Below, piece after piece: positions 10,302 to 21,121 of a stretch of DNA of 64,000 nt. How positions within the stretch are numbered: position 1 is the stretch's first letter; the number at the start of each line of letters is the position of its first letter. Origin of the DNA: an uncultured bacterium (GTDB lineage Bacteria > Chloroflexota > UBA5177 > JANWHV01); contig CAWHAE010000019.1 of the NCBI GenBank assembly GCA_963827235.1, forward strand, positions 64,001-128,000, written 5' to 3'. Both the position numbers and the translations under genes were made by a program. Under the pieces are notes generated by a model. That model was given only the letters and a program-made list of their open reading frames with translations. It was not told where the DNA came from and did no database searches.

Positions 10302-11096
10302 ATGGAGCAGCCCTGCGCTACGGCTGCCGGACAACTGTGTCCGTGCGAAATGCGAAGAATCCCAGACGAACGTCACGTCGACCTGTGGGCGGTCTGCACG
10401 CGCGTGTCCGACGCGCGTGCCGTGCAGCTAGCCCAGCTGCTCAGCGACCACGAGAGAGCGCGGGCACACGCATTCATGCGGCGGGAGCATCGCATGCGCC
10501 ACGTCGTCGTCCACGGCACGCTTCGGCAGCTGCTCACCCTCTACACCTGCGTTCACCCGGCCAGACATGTCTTCGACTACGGACCGCAGGGTAAGCCGCT
10601 GTTGCGTGCGGACGGCAACGCAGCGATTCACTTCAGCCTTGCCTATTCCGGCGAGCTGGCGATTATCGCTGTCGCTGCCTTTGCGGTAGGAGTGGACGTG
10701 GAGGAATTGCGCCCGCTCGATGACGCGCTGGCGGTTGCGGCGTCCTTCTTCGCGGCAGACGAGTTTGAGGCGCTGGCCGCGTTGCCAAGCGTAGACCAGT
10801 TGAGGGCCTTCTATCGGTGCTGGACTCGGAAGGAGGCCTTCTTGAAGGCAACGGGCGATGGTCTGTCTCTTCCGCTCGCTTCCTTAGCGGTGGGTTCGGA
10901 GTCCGAAAGACAGGTCCACGTCCTTGCGCGGCGCGGTAACGACGAGTGGGAGTTGTACGACATTGATCCGGCGCCAGGCTACGTCGGCGCACTGGCAGTG
11001 CCGCGAGGCTGGCACGCTGTGACTCCGACGGTGCTCTCCGGCGACGAGCTCTTTGTGTGCGGGCGCCGCCCATGCCCTGGCAGCTGCAGGCCATAG
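10302..11096 (+). CDS. Sfp-type 4'-phosphopantetheinyl transferase
   Basis: GPQGKP, HFSLAYS, VGVDVE, FYRCWTRKEAFLKATGDGL motifs; directly downstream of the NRPS. Confidence 0.93.
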   Translation: MEQPCATAAGQLCPCEMRRIPDERHVDLWAVCTRVSDARAVQLAQLLSDHERARAHAFMRREHRMRHVVVHGTLRQLLTLYTCVHPARHVFDYGPQGKPLLRADGNAAIHFSLAYSGELAIIAVAAFAVGVDVEELRPLDDALAVAASFFAADEFEALAALPSVDQLRAFYRCWTRKEAFLKATGDGLSLPLASLAVGSESERQVHVLARRGNDEWELYDIDPAPGYVGALAVPRGWHAVTPTVLSGDELFVCGRRPCPGSCRP

Positions 11097-11226
11097 CGCA
11101 ACTCGCCGCTCTCCAGTACCCGCCGGTGGTAGGCCCGCAGGCTGACCGGTAGTGGCGGGAGGGCGTTTTCGCGGCGCTGCCGCACGAATGCACAACCGGC
11201 TGACCGCAGCGGAACCTTTCGCTGGG

Positions 11227-13722
11227 CTAACGTTGCAGCCCGCTCACTATGGCGGCATACTTCTCCGCCAGCGACTTGGCCGATCGCTGCGAGCGTCCTT
11301 CGGCGACGATGTGGAAGAGAGGGCGGTCCGCATCGGGGAGCACCAGGACCCACTCCTCGCCCATATCGACCCGAATGCCGTCGATGGCGGTCGACTTGCC
11401 GGCTCCGTAGTTCTCGTTGAGCATGCGCATCACCTTGCCCTTCTGATCCCAAGCGCAGGGCACGTCGGCGCCGTCCATGAAGTAAGACGGCAGGGCTCGC
11501 ACGGCCTTCGCCAGGGTTGAGCCGGTGCCGGCCAGCAACTCCAGCAAGGTGACCAGTCCCAACATGGCGTCGAAGGCAGGCTGGAAGCGCGGAATGCTGA
11601 AGCCGCCTTCTCCGTCACCGGCGAACTTGACGGTCTCGCGCTGCGTGAGCAACGCTTGCGGGTCAGCTTTGGTGCGCACGATCCGACTACCGTTGGCAGC
11701 GCCGATCTGTTCCAGCACGCTGGACGCGGTCACCGGCACCGCCACGGCGCTGCCTTCCTGTACCTGGAAGGCCAGTGCGGTCATCGCCGCCAGTGTCGCC
11801 ATGGGTGGGATGGAATGGCCCTGCTCGTCCGTCAGCAGCAGAGTTTCGCCGGCCGGATCGATCACGGCGCCCAGGTCCATGCCCAGGGCCGCGGTAATCG
11901 CGCCGACCCGCCGCAGGTTCTCCTGCAGACTTTCGCCCGCCGGCAAGCCCGGCAGGTTGTCCTGCACCGTGGTGTTGATGCCTACCACTTCACAGCCCAA
12001 CCGCTCGAGCAGACCGGGCAGGACGTCCGCCGCCGGACCGTGGCAGCAGTCCAACACCAGGCGGAAGTGCGCTTGCTGGAGCCGCGCCTGGTCCACCTGC
12101 TCCAGAAAGGCAGTGGCGTACCGCGCCCTGGCCTCGGACCCGTCGCCCATGGAGCCGATGTCCTCGGGCTTGGCGCGACGGAAGTCCTCGCGGAAGAAGA
12201 GCGCCTCGATCTTGCGCTCGGCATTCTTGCCCATGTCCTGCCCGCTTCGATCCAGCAGTCTCGCCTCCACCAGGCGGCCGTCCTGCGGGTTCAGCCGCAC
12301 ATGCACCCCGCCGCTCAGCTCCTTGCTGGTGCGCAGGTAATAGCGCACCACCGGCAGGGGCAGCGAGGAGCAGTCGACCACATTGATGCCCGCCGAAGGC
12401 AGGCCGGATATGATGGCCCGCTTGACCATGCGCGAGATGCGGTAGAGGTCGCGGTTGATGGCGACCGTGCTGCCCAGCGGCAGCGTGGCGCCGTAGGCTG
12501 CTCCCAGCTTGGCGGCGAACTCAGGCGTCATGTCCACGTTGATCAGCCCGGACACGGTGTGGCGACGGAAGAGCATGCGCTGTGCCTGCCGGCCCCAGAT
12601 GATGGAGCTGCGCACCGATGCCCCCGCTTCTATCTGCTTGTCAGGCCAGATCTTGACGTTGGCAAGGATGATCGCGCCCTCCTCCACCGTGCTTGCATCG
12701 CCAACAACCGCGCCCTCGAACAGCACCGTGTTGGTCTTCAGGCTGCAGTGCTCGCCCACGATGGCGCCGCGCATCTCGGCACGATCGCCGACGTAGCAGC
12801 TGTGTCCCAGAATGCTGCGCATCACGTGGGCGTGTGACGCCAGGATGGTATTGTCGCCGATCACCGCCGGCCCGTCGATGACGGCGCCCGCTCCGATCTG
12901 CACGTCGTGCCCAAGGTAGATGGGAGGGCTCAGGCGCGCGGTGGGTGCGATCTCCACGCCAGGGCCGCACCAGATCCCCGGCTGCTCGCCCGGCTTGGGC
13001 AGCTCCACCTGCACCTTGCCGTCCAGCGCGTCAAAGCACGCGCGCGCATACTCCTGGATCGTCCCCACATCGGTCCAGTAGCCGCTCTCCATCACGCAGC
13101 CGTAGATCGGCTGGCCGTCCGCGAGCAGGGCGGGAAACACGTCCTGGCCGAAGTCGAACGCCTGGCCGCTGGGGCAGCGCTGCAGCACCGAAGGCTCCAG
13201 CACGTAGATGCCGGTATTGATCGTGTCGCTGATCACCTCGCTCCAGGACGGCTTCTCCAGGAACTGGCGGATGTGCCCCGTGCTGTCCGTGACCACCACG
13301 CCGTATTCCAATGGGTCCGGCACCGATTTCAACGTGATGGTGGCGACTGCCTTCTTGGCCCGGTGGAAGTCGACGATCTTGGCCAGGTCGAAGTCGGTCA
13401 GCGCGTCTCCGCTGATTACCAGGAAGGTCTCGTCCAGCAGGTGCTCGGCCAGCTTGACCGAGCCGGCGGTGCCCAGCGGCACATCCTCGACGCTGTAGTG
13501 CAAGCGCATGCCCAGGGCGGAGCCATCTCCGAAGTAGTCCTGGATGATCTGTGCCAGGTACTGCACGGTGAGCACGACTTCGGTAATCCCGTGTCGCTTG
13601 AGCAGCAGCAGGATGTGCTCCATCACCGGACGGTTGACGATCGGCACCATGGGCTTGGGTCGACGCACCGTGAGCGGGCGCAGCCGTGAGCCTTCCCCAC
13701 CAGCCATTACCACCGCTTTCAT
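11227..13722 (-). CDS. Mannose-1-phosphate guanylyltransferase / phosphomannomutase-like fusion
   Basis: [27 protein letters not shown] motifs, hexapeptide beta-helix, C-terminal PGM/PMM-type domains. Confidence 0.92.
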   Translation of the reverse strand: MKAVVMAGGEGSRLRPLTVRRPKPMVPIVNRPVMEHILLLLKRHGITEVVLTVQYLAQIIQDYFGDGSALGMRLHYSVEDVPLGTAGSVKLAEHLLDETFLVISGDALTDFDLAKIVDFHRAKKAVATITLKSVPDPLEYGVVVTDSTGHIRQFLEKPSWSEVISDTINTGIYVLEPSVLQRCPSGQAFDFGQDVFPALLADGQPIYGCVMESGYWTDVGTIQEYARACFDALDGKVQVELPKPGEQPGIWCGPGVEIAPTARLSPPIYLGHDVQIGAGAVIDGPAVIGDNTILASHAHVMRSILGHSCYVGDRAEMRGAIVGEHCSLKTNTVLFEGAVVGDASTVEEGAIILANVKIWPDKQIEAGASVRSSIIWGRQAQRMLFRRHTVSGLINVDMTPEFAAKLGAAYGATLPLGSTVAINRDLYRISRMVKRAIISGLPSAGINVVDCSSLPLPVVRYYLRTSKELSGGVHVRLNPQDGRLVEARLLDRSGQDMGKNAERKIEALFFREDFRRAKPEDIGSMGDGSEARARYATAFLEQVDQARLQQAHFRLVLDCCHGPAADVLPGLLERLGCEVVGINTTVQDNLPGLPAGESLQENLRRVGAITAALGMDLGAVIDPAGETLLLTDEQGHSIPPMATLAAMTALAFQVQEGSAVAVPVTASSVLEQIGAANGSRIVRTKADPQALLTQRETVKFAGDGEGGFSIPRFQPAFDAMLGLVTLLELLAGTGSTLAKAVRALPSYFMDGADVPCAWDQKGKVMRMLNENYGAGKSTAIDGIRVDMGEEWVLVLPDADRPLFHIVAEGRSQRSAKSLAEKYAAIVSGLQR

Positions 13723-13914
13723 CTCGCTGCTCCCTCCTATTGCCACTCGGCATCTGATTCGCCGTCACCGCTGCGCCGCTGTCATGTCAAGCGCACCTGA
13801 GCGCCGCTTATTGCCGTCTCGTCCTCGTCCATCCGGCTCACACGCCGATGAGAGGGCGTCCCCACACACTCGGGCAGGCGTGCCATCCTGCCATCGCCGG
13901 CTAAGGGCCGCGCA

Positions 13915-15870
13915 TCACGCCTCCGGCCGGTCGGGCGGGAGCGCCATCCAATACATGCCATAGGGTGCCACTGCAATTGTGCCGTTGGCAGCCACTGACG
14001 CGCCATCGATCAGGTCGACGAAATTCGCCGTCTGCAGGTGCCGGCTGATCGCACTGGCATCGATTTCCTGCCGGTGTTCCGAGAAGTTGGCGAGTACGGC
14101 CACGCGATCCGCCCGGCAGCGCCGCACATAGATCAGCACGCTCCGGTTGCCGCTGGAGACGACTTCCATGGTGCCGCCGGCCAGGGCCGGCTGTTGCTTG
14201 CGCAGATGAATGAGATGCGTGAGGCCCTTGAAGATGCGCCCTTCGATGCTGCTCTCGTCTGCCCTGCGCTCGGCGATTCGCCAGTCGAATGCCGGCCGGT
14301 GCACCCAGCGGCTGTCCTCGCACTTTGCCGGGTCGCTCCTGAAGCCGTAATCGTTCCGGATGCCGATCTCGTCCCCCAGGTACAGCAGCGGGATGCCGCC
14401 GATAGACAGCGTGATGCCGTAGAGCAGGAAGATGCGGCGCATGGCAAGGTCGATCAGCAGCGGATCCTGGTGCTCGATCGCCTGCTCCAGTCCTGCCAGG
14501 GAGGCGCAGGTACCGGAAATGCGCGCATCGCCGGTCCGCGGGTTTTCCTGAAAGGGCAGGCCGGCGGCGAAGCTGCCGGAGAAGCGGCCCGTGTAGAACT
14601 CATTGAGGAAGCGACGGTGTCCGGTGCTGTCGATTCCCAGCCGCCACGCGTCCGAGTCGGCGAAGGTCCAGCCGATGTCGTCGTGCGACCGCACGTAGTT
14701 GACCCATGTACAACCGGGATCGGTCGCGAAGCGTTCCTGCAACGAGAGCTGCAGCAGCCGCACTTCCCGGGTAGCCAGCGACTCCCACATCAAGGCCATT
14801 ACCAGAGGGTTGTAGGAAAGCTGGCACTCACGCGGGTTGATATAGCGCGCCACTTCGTCCGGATGGACGATAGCTTCCGACTTGAACAGGAGCGACGGTG
14901 CGGCAATACGTGCCAACGAATTGAATGCCCGCACGAGCGTGTGGACCTGCGGTAGGCTCTCACAGGGTGTACCCATTTGCTTCCAGGCAAAGGCCACCGC
15001 ATCCAGGCGCAGGATCTCGGCGCCGTGATTGGCCAGGAACAGCATCTCCTCGCCCATGCGCCGGAAGACGGCGGGATTGGCGTAGTTCAGATCCCACTGG
15101 AAGCTGTGAAACGTGGTCCACACCCACTTGCCTATCTCGGGGCGATAGGTGAAGCTGCCTGCGCGCTGGTCCGGAAAGATGTCCCGCAAGCTGTGCTGGT
15201 AGGCGTCCGGGAGCGTCCGATCCGAGAACACATAGTAGTAGTCCTGGTAGTCCTCATCGCCCTGCAACGCCTTGAGCGCCCAGTCGTGCTCGTCAGAGGT
15301 GTGATTGAAGATGAAGTCGAGGACCAGGCTGATGCCGTTGGCCCGCAGCACGGCGGCCAGGCTCTCCAGGTCGGCCATGGTGCCGAGCTTTGCACTGACT
15401 TCGCGGTAGCTGCTGACTGCATAACCGCCATCGCTGTTGCCATCGGGCGACCGGAACAGGGGCATCAGGTGCAGGTAGGTCACGCCAAGCTCCCGCAAGT
15501 AGCCGACCTTGCTCGCCAGCGCGCACAGGTTTCCCGCGAACAGGTCGACGTAACATACGGCGCCCATCATCTCCTGGGACTGGAACCAGGCGGGGTCGCT
15601 CTCGCGCGCCGCGTCCAGGGCCTGCAGCTCCGGCGGCCGCGAGATCCAGGACCGCGCCGCGGAGGCGAGAATCTCTTCGAGGTGGTAGAAGAAGTCGTAG
15701 TGGTCTCCGTAGAGCTCCAGCAGGGACTGGAAGAGCGGCGAGAAATGCCGTTCCAGTCGCTCGACGAAGGCTCGCCAGGCTGCGGTGCCCGCGGTGTGCT
15801 CAAAGCGCGCTGCCAGGCGCGGCAGGAGACGGCCCAGCGAGCGAGCGGCCTGCTTGTCCACATCCGACAT
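13915..15870 (-). CDS. Amylosucrase (GH13)
   Basis: YVDLFAG, YLHLMPL, SDGGYAV, FNHTS, FQWDLNY, RLDAVAF, FKSEAIV, YVRSHDDIGW, DSRWVHR. Confidence 0.92.
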   Translation of the reverse strand: MSDVDKQAARSLGRLLPRLAARFEHTAGTAAWRAFVERLERHFSPLFQSLLELYGDHYDFFYHLEEILASAARSWISRPPELQALDAARESDPAWFQSQEMMGAVCYVDLFAGNLCALASKVGYLRELGVTYLHLMPLFRSPDGNSDGGYAVSSYREVSAKLGTMADLESLAAVLRANGISLVLDFIFNHTSDEHDWALKALQGDEDYQDYYYVFSDRTLPDAYQHSLRDIFPDQRAGSFTYRPEIGKWVWTTFHSFQWDLNYANPAVFRRMGEEMLFLANHGAEILRLDAVAFAWKQMGTPCESLPQVHTLVRAFNSLARIAAPSLLFKSEAIVHPDEVARYINPRECQLSYNPLVMALMWESLATREVRLLQLSLQERFATDPGCTWVNYVRSHDDIGWTFADSDAWRLGIDSTGHRRFLNEFYTGRFSGSFAAGLPFQENPRTGDARISGTCASLAGLEQAIEHQDPLLIDLAMRRIFLLYGITLSIGGIPLLYLGDEIGIRNDYGFRSDPAKCEDSRWVHRPAFDWRIAERRADESSIEGRIFKGLTHLIHLRKQQPALAGGTMEVVSSGNRSVLIYVRRCRADRVAVLANFSEHRQEIDASAISRHLQTANFVDLIDGASVAANGTIAVAPYGMYWMALPPDRPEA

Positions 15871-16540
15871 CACCTGTCTATCTCCACTTCCCCATCGCAT
15901 TCGCTAAACGTTCGCTGCTCCTGGCTACACCCGTCTGGTCGCCGACGATGTCGAGCAGCGCGAACATGCCGGCGTGAAATCGGAAAGACAGCGGCAGGAA
16001 ACCGGAGCCCATATCCGGCGAGCCGGGCCTGCATCTCACAGACTGGAAACAGCCGCGTAGAGCTGCATGGTATTGAGAATCGCGCTCGAGGCCCCGTGCT
16101 GTCGCTCACCCAGGTCCGGCCGGCTGGTCGAAGGACGCCCAAGGGCGCGCGCTCCAGCCTCTCGAGCTCGGCTGCCATGCCGGGTGCGAGTGGCGCCTTC
16201 ACGGCGGTTCCCACACCCGGCCCGGGCCGGGAACAGACCGTAGCCACACCTGGCGGGACCGGCGCAGGGCTTCGGTCCGGTCGGGCTCGCCCGCATGGCG
16301 GATCAGGGCCCACTTCGTGTCGGTGGTGCCGCATCTCGCGAGCAGCCGATACAGCACGGCGAATACGTTTCCGTACGTCGATTCGAGCCAAGTTGAGCAC
16401 AGGCAAGCACGGCCTCATGCCAAGCCGGGAGGCAGCATCGCTGAGGGCGATTTCCAGGCACGATCCGACGTCATTGCCGCGCGCGCGGCTGATTCCGAGA
16501 CAGGTGTCACGGACGCGGTCCTGAAGCGCCCGGTAAGCGA

Positions 16541-17584
16541 TCATGGCGTGGATGGCGACGGCGATCGCCCGGCAACATGCGGCACGGACGTGCTCTGGCG
16601 GGAGAACAGGGTGACCGGCATAAGGTGGTGTTGCCGGGAGGGCTGCTCGCCTGCAATCAAGGCGAGGAGAAGATCGACCGCGCGCCGGCAGGACTCTTCT
16701 ACCGAGCAGCACACGGCAGTGATAGACGGTCGGGCAAGCTGCGTCAGCACGCTATCCCCCAGAGTGATTACGGCTACATCGTCCGGCACGCGAAGACCCA
16801 TCTTGGCAAACACCTGCACGGCGAGGATCGCCTCGATGTCGGCCGTGGTGATCAGGGCGGTGGGCTGATCGTGTTCATCGGTGAACGGCCGGAGCGCGCC
16901 CTGCAGACCGGATGCAGGGTCGAGGTGAAGCAGCTGCTTGCGGCTGAGCGGAATATCGGCGCCTCGGTGAGCGCGCCTGAAGCCAGTAAGCACGTGTTGT
17001 TGGTAGCCGAATACCGGCCGGTCGCCCAACAGGGCGATACGCCGGTGCCCGAGATCGAGAAGATGCTGGACCGCGATCTCGGCGGCGTGGCTGAGGTCCG
17101 CGTCAACCCACGCCATGCTCCGGGCGTCAGCCGACCGTCCTATGGCCACGAATGGAAGGCCGGCCTCCTGCAAGCCGCTCAGGCGGGGATCGTCGACGCG
17201 AATCTGCAGAAGAATCATGCCGTCCACGTGGCCCGAACGGGCAAGCTGCACCAGCTCGGAAGCCTCCGGGGTGCGCGAGATCAGGCACAGCAGCTTGTAC
17301 TCGTGATCGTTCAGTCGATCGGCTATGCACTCGATGTAGGCTGAGAAGGGCCCATGAGACAGCGTTCGTCCCGGCGTGTCCAGCGTGATGGCCAGCCCGA
17401 CCGTATTCGTGCGCCGCAAACGGAGGTTGCTGGCCGTGACGTTTGGGCGGTAGCCGAGCTCCTCAACCGCGGTGAGGATACGCTCACGAGTCGCCGCGTT
17501 TACCGCCCGGTTACCGCTAAAGGCGTTGGACACGGTAGAGGGTGCCACACCGGCGCGCCGGGCCACGTCAGCGATAGTCACCAT
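16541..17584 (-). CDS. LacI-family transcriptional regulator
   Basis: MVTIADVARRAGVAPSTVS...LGYRPN HTH, then sugar-binding domain (GHRRIA, RVPDD, RQST). Confidence 0.95.
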   Translation of the reverse strand: MVTIADVARRAGVAPSTVSNAFSGNRAVNAATRERILTAVEELGYRPNVTASNLRLRRTNTVGLAITLDTPGRTLSHGPFSAYIECIADRLNDHEYKLLCLISRTPEASELVQLARSGHVDGMILLQIRVDDPRLSGLQEAGLPFVAIGRSADARSMAWVDADLSHAAEIAVQHLLDLGHRRIALLGDRPVFGYQQHVLTGFRRAHRGADIPLSRKQLLHLDPASGLQGALRPFTDEHDQPTALITTADIEAILAVQVFAKMGLRVPDDVAVITLGDSVLTQLARPSITAVCCSVEESCRRAVDLLLALIAGEQPSRQHHLMPVTLFSRQSTSVPHVAGRSPSPSTP

Positions 17585-17594
17585 CAGGCCCCCT

Positions 17595-17639
17595 AAAATC
17601 GATTTCCACCACACTATCACGAATCGATTTCCATTGCAA
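17595..17639 (-). promoter_or_regulatory. lacI-like promoter with two LacI-type operators
   Basis: Minus strand TTGCAA-17 nt-TAGTGT; two copies of TGGAAATCGATT (CG-centred pseudo-palindrome), one in the spacer and one downstream of the -10. Confidence 0.7.
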
Positions 17640-17705
17640 GGGCTGTTCAGCGCATCGCGCATCGTGCAGCCGTCGGCAGAGGTACAGCGCGCCGCGCCAT
17701 CGAGG

Positions 17706-18260
17706 ATGTCGCACAGGGTGCCACCATGCAGAGCGAGACTGGGCGCGCTGCGGCAGCTGGATTCCGGGGCAAGCATAGCCTTGGTGTAGCTGGGTAGAAG
17801 CGATGATGTGGCGCAGCTCAGCGAAGGCCGCGGAGACACCCGACTGCTGCTCAAGCAGTGCGACCCCACGAGCTGGCTGCGGGCAGTGGCGGCGCTGATC
17901 AACCCGAGCACGATGCGCAAGTACGTGCGCGCACGGCGTTGCCCGCGCATATCGCTCTGGGCAACATCCATGCGAGTCTTCTGCCACGCACGCTGGCGGA
18001 CATCAGGCCGACTGGGACGAGGTGCCGGCTGACGAACGCTTCGATGCCGCCAAAGTTCTGCGCGGATGCGGTCGTTCGTCTGGCGATAGTACTGCCGCGG
18101 GGTGCGGCCAGTGCCATGGCGCGTATCGTGCACGTCACCGGCGCCGGTATGCTTGGTGTCGCGTTTCTTAGCCTGTCACCGGCGGCGCACGAGAGGCTCG
18201 GTGTCTACTATGAGGAGTTGCTGGGCCGGCGTGCGGCCCTAGCCGCCTGGCGCACAGTGT
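17706..18260 (+). pseudogene. Decayed receiver(REC)-PilZ domain gene
   Basis: One frame gives LRQLDSGASIALV*LG...LLKQCDPTSWLRAVAALI..MRKYVR (REC-like end plus RxxxR); a shifted frame continues TLADIRPTG...ARIVHV...GVAFLSLSPAAHERL (PilZ-like); boundaries approximate. Confidence 0.55.
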
Positions 18261-18600
18261 CCATGGAAGAGCGCAGGACAGTCGCTACAGGCCGATGGTG
18301 TCGGGCCATGGCGGCAGCGCCCGCCATCCTGTCGAGGCGCCGGACGTGCGACTCTGCTGACCGCACCTCACGTTCATGCTTGGCAGGTGATTGCCGCTCC
18401 TGCTGCAGCGGGTCATGATTTGCAGAAACACGCGGCGCTGGCAGCGCCAGTACGCCGGGAGGTGGGCGTGACCGACCTAGACGCTACTCGCTGGCATGTA
18501 GCGTGGCACTTGCACGTGTGGGCAAGGGCACAGTGCTGCGCGCGGTCGACCTGCTATCTCCGGACCGCGGCAGGTCGCGGCGTGTGGGCGCGCCTGCTGG

Positions 18601-20508
18601 ATGGGCGACTCGATGAGCGGCCCTGAAGTCGCCGAGCGACCGAGCGACGAGGAGCTTAGTGGGCGCCTGGCGGCCATCGTCACCGCCTCTGTCGACGCCA
18701 TCATCAGCGTGGACTTGAGCGGCACGATAACAAGCTGGAACGGCGGCGCGGAGCGGCTCCTCGGGTACACGCTGGACGAGGCCATCGGACGTTCCGTTGA
18801 GATGCTCAACGTACCCGGAAGTGCGCCGGATCCGACGGCCCAGATTTCTGCCGTGCTCCACGGCGAGGCCATCCACGATTTCGACACGGTCCGTCTGCGC
18901 AAGGACGGCACGGCGGTGCCGCTGTCGGTGAGTATCTCGCCTATCCGGAATGCAGAGGGGAAGATCATCGGAGTTGCCGGGATTGGCCGTGACATCACCG
19001 CTCGCACGCGGATGGAACGGGAGCTTCGCGCGAGCGAGATCCGCTTTCGCGGGGCCTTCGATGGTGCAACGGTCGGCATGGCGCTTATCGACGTCACTGG
19101 CCGGTTTCTGCGGGTCAATCGCGCCCTGCGTGAGATCGTGGGACGCGGCGAAGCGGAGCTGCTCACTCTGGCCTACAATGACATTACCCATCCCGACGAC
19201 CTGCCCAGCACCCAGCAGTTCACGCGCGAGCTGCTCGGCGGGAACATAGCGACCGCCGTGTTTGAGAAGCGATATATCCATCGGGACGGCCAGACACTTT
19301 GGGTCCAGATCAGCACGACTCTGCTGCGTGACGAGGATGGCCGCCCTCTCTATTTCATCACCCAGTTCCAGGACGTCACGAAGCGCCGCCTGGCCGAGGA
19401 CGCGCTGAAGGAGAGCGAGGCACGCTTCGAGGCGTTTGCGGCACACAATCCTGCCCTGTCGTTCATCAAGGACGAGGACGGGCGCTACGTGTATGCCAAT
19501 GCCCGGGTGACGGCCCCATTCGGGCGAATGCCAGCCACGTTCGTGGGCCTGACGGATAGCGACTTCATGCTGCCCCAGGACGCCGAGGCGGCAAGACAGG
19601 AGGATCGCACCGTGTGGGACACTGGCACGCCACTGGAGGTACTCACGCCGGTCCCGGTTGAACAAGGTCCCGACATCTTCGTGCTCAAGCTCAAGTTTCT
19701 GTTCGAGGGCGCGGGCGGGCGTCGCTACCTCGGCGGGTTCGCCCTGGATATCACCGCGCTCAAGCAGACCGAGCTGGCATTGGAGCAGGCCAACGTCGAG
19801 CTGGCTCGCTCCAATGCCGAGCTGAATGCGTTTGCCACCGTGGCCGCGCACGATCTGCGCGCGCCTCTGGCCAGCATCGGCGGCTTCGCGGAGTTGCTCG
19901 GCGCCCAGTATGGAGATCGACTGGGCGACCGCGGGACGCGCTATATCGCCCGGATCACCACTGCCGTGGAGCGGCAGCAGCAGCTGATCGACGACCTGCT
20001 GGCCTACGCGCGAGCCGGTGGCCGGCCGCACGCGTTTGCGCCGGTTGATTGCATGGCTTTGGCGGACGGCGTCACGGCCCTGCTGGCATCCGACATCGCC
20101 GCGGCGGAGGCCACGGTTCGGTGCGAGGGCCTGCCTACCGTCTGGGGCGACTCTGCGCAGTTGGCTCAGGTCTTTCAGAATCTGATAGGCAATGCGGTAA
20201 AGTTCCGGCGCGCGCGCGTGCCGCCGGTCGTCACGGTGACGGCTGAGTTGCGAGACCAGGAGTGGCTCGTGCGGGTGCGTGACAACGGCATCGGCATAGC
20301 GCCGGAGAACACCGAACGGGTCTTCGCCATCTTCCAGCGATTGCACAGCAGTAGCGAGTACCCGGGTACGGGAATAGGCCTGGCCCTGTGCCGGAAGATC
20401 GTGGAGCGCCACGGTGGGCTCATCTGGATCGAATCGGAGTTGAGCCGGGGTGCAACCTTCCTGTTCACGCTACCGCGGGTGCCGTCGAGCGCTCAACCCG
20501 CGTCCTGA
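18601..20508 (+). CDS. Cytoplasmic triple-PAS sensor histidine kinase
   Basis: Three PAS/PAC blocks (WNGGAE, THPDD, YVYAN), AAHDLRAPL H-box, NAVKF, DNGIGI, GTGIGL. Confidence 0.95.
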   Translation: MGDSMSGPEVAERPSDEELSGRLAAIVTASVDAIISVDLSGTITSWNGGAERLLGYTLDEAIGRSVEMLNVPGSAPDPTAQISAVLHGEAIHDFDTVRLRKDGTAVPLSVSISPIRNAEGKIIGVAGIGRDITARTRMERELRASEIRFRGAFDGATVGMALIDVTGRFLRVNRALREIVGRGEAELLTLAYNDITHPDDLPSTQQFTRELLGGNIATAVFEKRYIHRDGQTLWVQISTTLLRDEDGRPLYFITQFQDVTKRRLAEDALKESEARFEAFAAHNPALSFIKDEDGRYVYANARVTAPFGRMPATFVGLTDSDFMLPQDAEAARQEDRTVWDTGTPLEVLTPVPVEQGPDIFVLKLKFLFEGAGGRRYLGGFALDITALKQTELALEQANVELARSNAELNAFATVAAHDLRAPLASIGGFAELLGAQYGDRLGDRGTRYIARITTAVERQQQLIDDLLAYARAGGRPHAFAPVDCMALADGVTALLASDIAAAEATVRCEGLPTVWGDSAQLAQVFQNLIGNAVKFRRARVPPVVTVTAELRDQEWLVRVRDNGIGIAPENTERVFAIFQRLHSSSEYPGTGIGLALCRKIVERHGGLIWIESELSRGATFLFTLPRVPSSAQPAS

Positions 20509-20686
20509 GCCGGCCCGAGCACGAGCGCGCGCAGTCTTCCAGTGCGAATCCGCCGGATCGCAGGTGGCGGGCTAGCGTCCTGGCGCCCCGACTCGGCACG
20601 CCAGGTTGTCTCGACGATAGTGACACGGCGCGGCGCAGACTGGAGGTGTCCAGTCTCGGTCATGGTTGGCCTCCCCAAGGGCGGCG

Positions 20687-21121
20687 CTAGTCTCCGACGA
20701 TTGCAGCGACGATACTGCCGATGAGATCACCCTCGTTCCAGGTCGGTGGCCCGGAGCCAACGCGTGCCACGACTGGGTCCAGCGAGGGGATGACGTAGCA
20801 GCGATTCGAGCGGTATCCTGAGAGCGCAAACGCATCATCGGGCAGTGCGGGCCACGTGCGTCCATTCGTATGCACCCACCAGGTGTACCCATGCTTTGTG
20901 TCGTGGTCGCTGTTGGCACGGAGCGCACCGGCCGATCTCAGCTCGCCGCACCTCGTCCGCGGAAGAAGACAAACGGATCGTGCTAGTCGTTCCTGCCGTA
21001 CTCCGCCCGCGGCACGGGCAAGGTATCGCCGGGTCTGCGTGTCCACGTATCCAGATCCGAGCTCACGGCGTGCGTGATCGCCTGGTCCGGGCTCACATCC
21101 ACCCGGAGTATTTCCTCTCAC
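20687..21121 (-). pseudogene. C-terminal remnant of a beta-lactamase/serine hydrolase family gene
   Basis: Only the last ~70 aa resemble the family (GYTWW..WPALPDDAFALSG..CYVIPSLDPVVAR); no SxxK N-terminal part. Confidence 0.6.

Noticed and set aside
15871-16540. 670-bp gap between LacI and amylosucrase, including GCTAAACGTTCGC
   Set aside because: No convincing ORF; the CG-centred site differs from the duplicated operator and may be chance
17585-18133. 180-aa N-terminal extension of LacI in the ORF track
   Set aside because: The HTH begins at ATG 17584, with promoter and operators immediately upstream
18484-20412. 642-aa antisense ORF opposite the PAS kinase (likewise 24860-26254, 11656-12837, 45194-46531)
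   Set aside because: Shadow ORFs expected from high GC3 on the coding strand; no motifs
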